64,000 nt of DNA, from assembly GCA_029953675.1 (NCBI GenBank), contig JAMWBK010000007.1:1984001-2048000 (forward strand), in the 5' to 3' direction. This document shows, piece by piece, positions 59,686-64,000 of this stretch. Position numbers and translations under genes: made by a program. The DNA comes from Rhodosorus marinus CCMP1338 (lineage: Eukaryota > Plantae > Rhodophyta). A model generated the notes under the pieces. It was not told where the DNA came from, ran no database searches, and worked only from the letters and a program-made list of their open reading frames with translations. The number at the start of each line of letters is the position of its first letter. Positions within the stretch are counted from its first letter, which is position 1.

Positions 59686-61018
59686 ATGGTCAATACAAAG
59701 AAGAAAATTTCGTGGCAGACGGCCAAAATCACTGGCCTACCAGATGACTGTGAGATCGACTTGGAAACGGTGGCAGTGACAATTTGCGGCGGAGGAAACG
59801 GGGCCCACGCTGGCGCGGCGATGTTTTGCCATCAAGGATGCAAGACGAGTATGTACCTGTCTCTGAAGAAGGAAGCGGCTAAGATGAAACAAGGAATCGA
59901 GCAAGGTGGTATCAAATGTGAGCAGCTGATTTTGGACGAGCACATCCAATACCAAGGGGCACCAGAAGTGAGCAGCGATCCGTCAATCGTGCGTGAGAGC
60001 GATGTAATTATAATCCTTGCACCTGGATTCGCACACGAGAGCATTCTTCGCGAGATCAAGCCGTTCTTGAAGGATGGTGCACTTGTCGGAGCGCTCCCTG
60101 CGCATGGAGGTTTTGATTTGGTTGCAAGGCATGTCCTGGCGGAGAGAATAGAAGACGTTACCGTGTTCGGCACTGTCTCACTGCCGTGGGCGGCAAGGAT
60201 TGCATCGTACGGCTTGAGAGTGGAGATACTGGGAACAAAAGAAGAACTGCCCATGAGCTGTCACCCCAGAGTCCCTCGGGTTCCAATTGTGGAGCTCTTC
60301 AATTCTATGTTCATCGGGACTACATTTCCAATGGGCAACGACTTTCTGGAGATTACTTTGTGGCCGGCGAACAACATTATTCATCCGGTAAGCTATCGTG
60401 CAAAAAAGAACCTCTCCTCACTGGGAACGAAGGCTTATCACCGCAAACCTGTGCCTTCTCCTGTTGCAGGGCATTTTATATGGCCAATGGAAGAACTGGG
60501 AGGGCACCCCTCTCGCTGAGAAGCCCTTATTCTATGTTGGACTGGACGATTTCGCGGCTTCAAAACTGCAAGGCATGAGCGATGAAATTCAGCAAGTAAA
60601 GATCGCCGTAGAGAAAGAGCTGGGACTCACACTGGCCGTGCCGGAACTAAGTGGCTTCATGCTCCAGTCCTATGGCCGAGAGATTGGGGACAAATCATCG
60701 CTAAAGAGGATCTTCCAGACCAACCCAGGATACCAGGGCCTTACCCATCCTATGAGGCAAACTGGCGAAGGAAAGTACGTGCCCGACTTCTCCAATAGAT
60801 ATTTAACCGAGGACCTCCCACATGGACTTGCCGTCCTCCGAGGAATAGCTGGTTTGGTCAACGTACCAACGCCTTGCATGGATGAAGTCCTCAGCTGGGG
60901 GCAAAACGCCTGCGGACAAAAATATCTGGACAATGGTACAATGACAGGAAAGGACGTCTCCCATTCGGGAGTTCCCCAGCGATTCGGCTACCACCAAGTA
61001 TCGGACCTAATCTTCTAG
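59686..61018 (+). CDS. NAD-dependent opine dehydrogenase (octopine/tauropine/strombine dehydrogenase family), 416 aa; 2 exons (intron 60388-60469)
   Basis: Rossmann motif VTICGGGNGAHA, IIILAPGFAHESIL, LPAHGGFD, SLPWAARI, NNIIHP|GILYGQWKNWEG.P...PLFY.G and PDFSNRYLTEDLPHGL...GIA.LVNVPTP.MD.V..W.Q. Confidence 0.9.
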
Positions 61019-61595
61019 TACTGGTAGTACTTATCAGAATTCATGTACTATAACTTTGCAATCATTATGGTCGTAATAAAGACTGATGTGAAATATGGAT
61101 TGATTCAATCAACATCCCAGACGCTTTCGCGTTCACACAAATGAAAATTGCCCCGTAAAGGCAAAGAACTCGGCAACATTCGCCAATTTCATTTGGCCAG
61201 GAAAATTGGATGGATATCGAGGGATCGCATTTTCCTGGGATTTTGACGAGCTATCTCTGTTGTTTTTTTTTCGTGGTTGGGGAGGGTGGGGACGATGGTA
61301 GGGAGAGAATGATGGAAGTTAAGTTGGGAAAGCCTGTGGAGGAACAGAGCAGTTTAAAAGTTCTTAGGATGAGCTGGTTTTGATTGTCGGCTTCTGTGGC
61401 CTTCTCGGTTGTAGCTGCCAAATTTATTTTTTTTGGTTTTGGAGTTTTCTACTTGCCTGTCTGTGGTCTGCTTTTTTTTATTCGGAACTGCGGTGAGGTT
61501 TTCGAACTGAGCGTTTGCGGAAGGGAGCTTTCCGACAGGAACTTCTTTTGCGGGTAGAGAACAACTGAAAGCGTGGTAAATTTTGAAAGTCAGAA

Positions 61596-63956
61596 ATGGC
61601 AGCGTTTGTATGGGGTTTTCAGCTCGATAGTCTGGTGGAGCCAAGGAACGGATTGAATGTTTGTCTGACACGTCCACTGACTCGAATTGCGCCCAGGTGC
61701 CAGGCTGCGAAAGGACAGACTGGGTTGACAAGTTCTCGTCCTCAAGTAGATAGTACGGATACTTCTGGAGCGGTGCTGAAAATTAGCGATGTGCTGCTGC
61801 AAGCTGGTTCTAGGGACTTGCTATCGTTCGACGAATTGAAGGTAATGCCTAGGGACAGAATTGGCTTAGTGGGCCCGAATGGAACTGGCAAGACAAGCCT
61901 TCTCCGGGCGATTTCTGGCGAGCTTCCGATGGCGCAGGGTCGGATAGCATTGCTTCCTGGGAAAACGATTGGGTACCTCCCGCAACAGGCGGTTAGTGGC
62001 TCAGAGCGATCCGTGTGGGATGAAGCGTCGTCACAGATGCATAGACTGAATGCGGCAGAGAAGGACCTAAGGGCAGCTGAACTTGCCGTGAAAGAAGATC
62101 AGTCATCTCTGAACTTGACGTGGTTGGAAAAAGCTTCTATTGACTTCGAGGCTGCTGGCGGCTTCAGCAAGGACGAGAAAATCGGGAATATGCTCACTGG
62201 ATTGGGATTTTCGCGGAGCGACTGGTCTCGCAAATGCTCAGAACTTTCTGGGGGATGGGGTATGCGTGTTGCTTTGGCCCGATTGCTGCTCTCAGAACCG
62301 GACGTACTACTTCTAGACGAGCCTACCAATCACCTCGATGTACGCACGAAAGCGTACTTGCGCTCATTTCTAATGCAGTACCCGTACTCCATTGTGGTTG
62401 TATCCCATGATGCATTGGTACTCAATGACCTGAAGAGGATTGTTGATGTCCGTGGAGGGAAACTAGAGTTCTACACGTGCAACTACTCCAGATTCCTGCA
62501 GATTAGAGACCAAAAGGACGAACAAGCGGTGAAGATAAGAGAAAAACAGGACGTGCAGGTGGAAAAACTTGAGGGATTCATCACCAGATTCGGAGCGAAA
62601 GCGACGAAGGCGTCCGCTGCGAAGAGCAAGAAAAAAGCACTCGAAAAGCTTGAGTCAAAGCTCGTTGAAGCTCCAACCCCAACAGAAGGTAGAAGGGTAG
62701 GTGTATACATGCTCTAGTCCAATCTACCGTACGTACGCGTTTTCGCTAACCCGCAATCCCCTGCCTCGTGCTCACCGCTTAGGCGAAGCTGAATATTCCT
62801 ACGGCTCCTCCAAGCGCTAGGAAATGTGTTGAACTTACCGATGCAACCATCGGGTGGCCTGATGGACCCGTCCTCATTGAGAATGTTTCCGTAGTTCTCG
62901 AGCGTGGTGAGAGGTTGGCCATTGTGGGCAAGAATGGTTGCGGAAAGAGTACCTTGATGCGCACACTGGCGGGACTGCTTCCGTTGCAGTCTGGAAAGCG
63001 TGTTCTCGGGGACGAGCGAGTTTCTATTGGCGTGTTTACGCAGGACTTGGCTGCTGATCTACCATTCGAAAAATCACCATTGGAATACAGTGAAAAACTT
63101 GCTCCGGAGAAAACTGTAGCTGAAATACGAAACGTGCTCGGTAGTCTTGGACTTTCTGGAGATTCTGCGCTTCGCGAAATCCAGTTCCTTTCTGGCGGCG
63201 AGAAGGCCAGGGTTGCCCTTGCTTCGTTTGTGATCTGCAGGTACGTGCCTTGCTGGAATTCAGTGGTACCCTGTCTAAGATGCTAACATGGCATGTCTTA
63301 TTTTTCTGGACCAGCTACAATGTTCTCATGTTTGATGAGCCCTCAAACCATCTTGATATGCAGACGGTCGAGGTTCTTGTAGAAGCCTTAGCAACATTCG
63401 ATGGAGCAATGGTCCTGGTAACGCACGACAGACGTCTCGTTGAGAAAATCGCGACACGAGTACTGGTCGTTGAGGAAGGAGGTAGCACACGCCTCTTTGA
63501 GACCCTGAATAGCAAGGTAATTGTTTCTTTTTTGAGGGCGGCGGTCTTTTTGTGAACAGCTGACTGAACGAGGCCTCATTTCGATTCGTGCATTGCGACT
63601 AGGCACTGTCTATGGTAACGGATTTATCGTCAGACGACGTTTCAAATCGTATGCTTCTGAAGAAGTCAGGAGAGGCTTCAGCAGAAGATCTCAAGATGGC
63701 TGAAGCTGAGACTGAGAATAGGCGGCAGAAAAAAGGGGCGGAAAAGGCAAGGAGACGGCTTCCAAATGTTGAGAAGAAAATTTCGAGCTTGGAGGAGACC
63801 ATGGCATCCCTTGAGGAAGATATGCTCAAATTCGGGGACCAAGCTGAGCGCCTAGCTGAGCTCATGGAGAAGCAGGGGGCTCTTCAGGCCGAGCTGGATG
63901 GCCTCTATGATGAATACGAGAGCTTGGAGGCGCAGCTGTTCCCGGCGACAAGCTGA
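61596..63956 (+). CDS. ABC-F family ATPase (ribosome-associated), plastid-targeted; 4 exons (introns 62697-62782, 63241-63314, 63517-63602)
   Basis: Two NBDs (GPNGTGKT/LSGGWGMR/LLLDEPTNHLD and GKNGCGKST/LSGGEKAR/DEPSNHLD), an inter-domain linker RFGAKATKASAAKS and a C-terminal coiled coil. No TM segments; MAAFV transit peptide. Confidence 0.93.
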
Positions 63957-64000
63957 GGAGAGTATACGTAGCCTAGTAACTATCTAACTGTAATGTATTT

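Noticed and set aside
15108-63956. Functional clustering of organelle-targeted genes, or an OSCA plus opine dehydrogenase osmotic-stress cluster
   Set aside because: The functions are unrelated, unrelated genes are interleaved and no shared regulatory motif is seen; chance in a compact genome is sufficient.

Overview
Gene-dense eukaryotic nuclear DNA. The spliceosomal GT-AG introns are short, mostly 73-110 nt. Four plastid-type proteins have an early Phe in the presequence (MIGF, MGFV, MASCF, MAAFV). Together these suggest a unicellular red alga (inference). I can support 17 protein-coding genes: POP5, SVP26/TEX261, TAP42, two paralogous C2H2 zinc-finger genes, uroporphyrinogen III synthase, a TPC1-like mitochondrial carrier, GRP94, nuclear plastid SecA, a Cys-rich zinc-finger protein, a PPR-like protein, V-ATPase subunit a, two OSCA/TMEM63 channels, a DUF3598-like protein, an opine (octopine/tauropine-type) dehydrogenase and an ABC-F protein. 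Intergenic DNA contains a Ty1/copia integrase relic, a 1.04-kb TIR element with an ATT target-site duplication and a partial second copy, many two-copy tandem duplications, a 101-bp array, a 30-bp-phased motif and a 22-bp hairpin. The most interesting items are the animal-type opine dehydrogenase in an alga and the two head-to-head paralog pairs (C2H2 pair; intron-rich versus intronless OSCA). I found no rRNA, intact tRNA or CRISPR array. Exon boundaries were inferred by eye, and family assignments come from motif recognition, not database searches.
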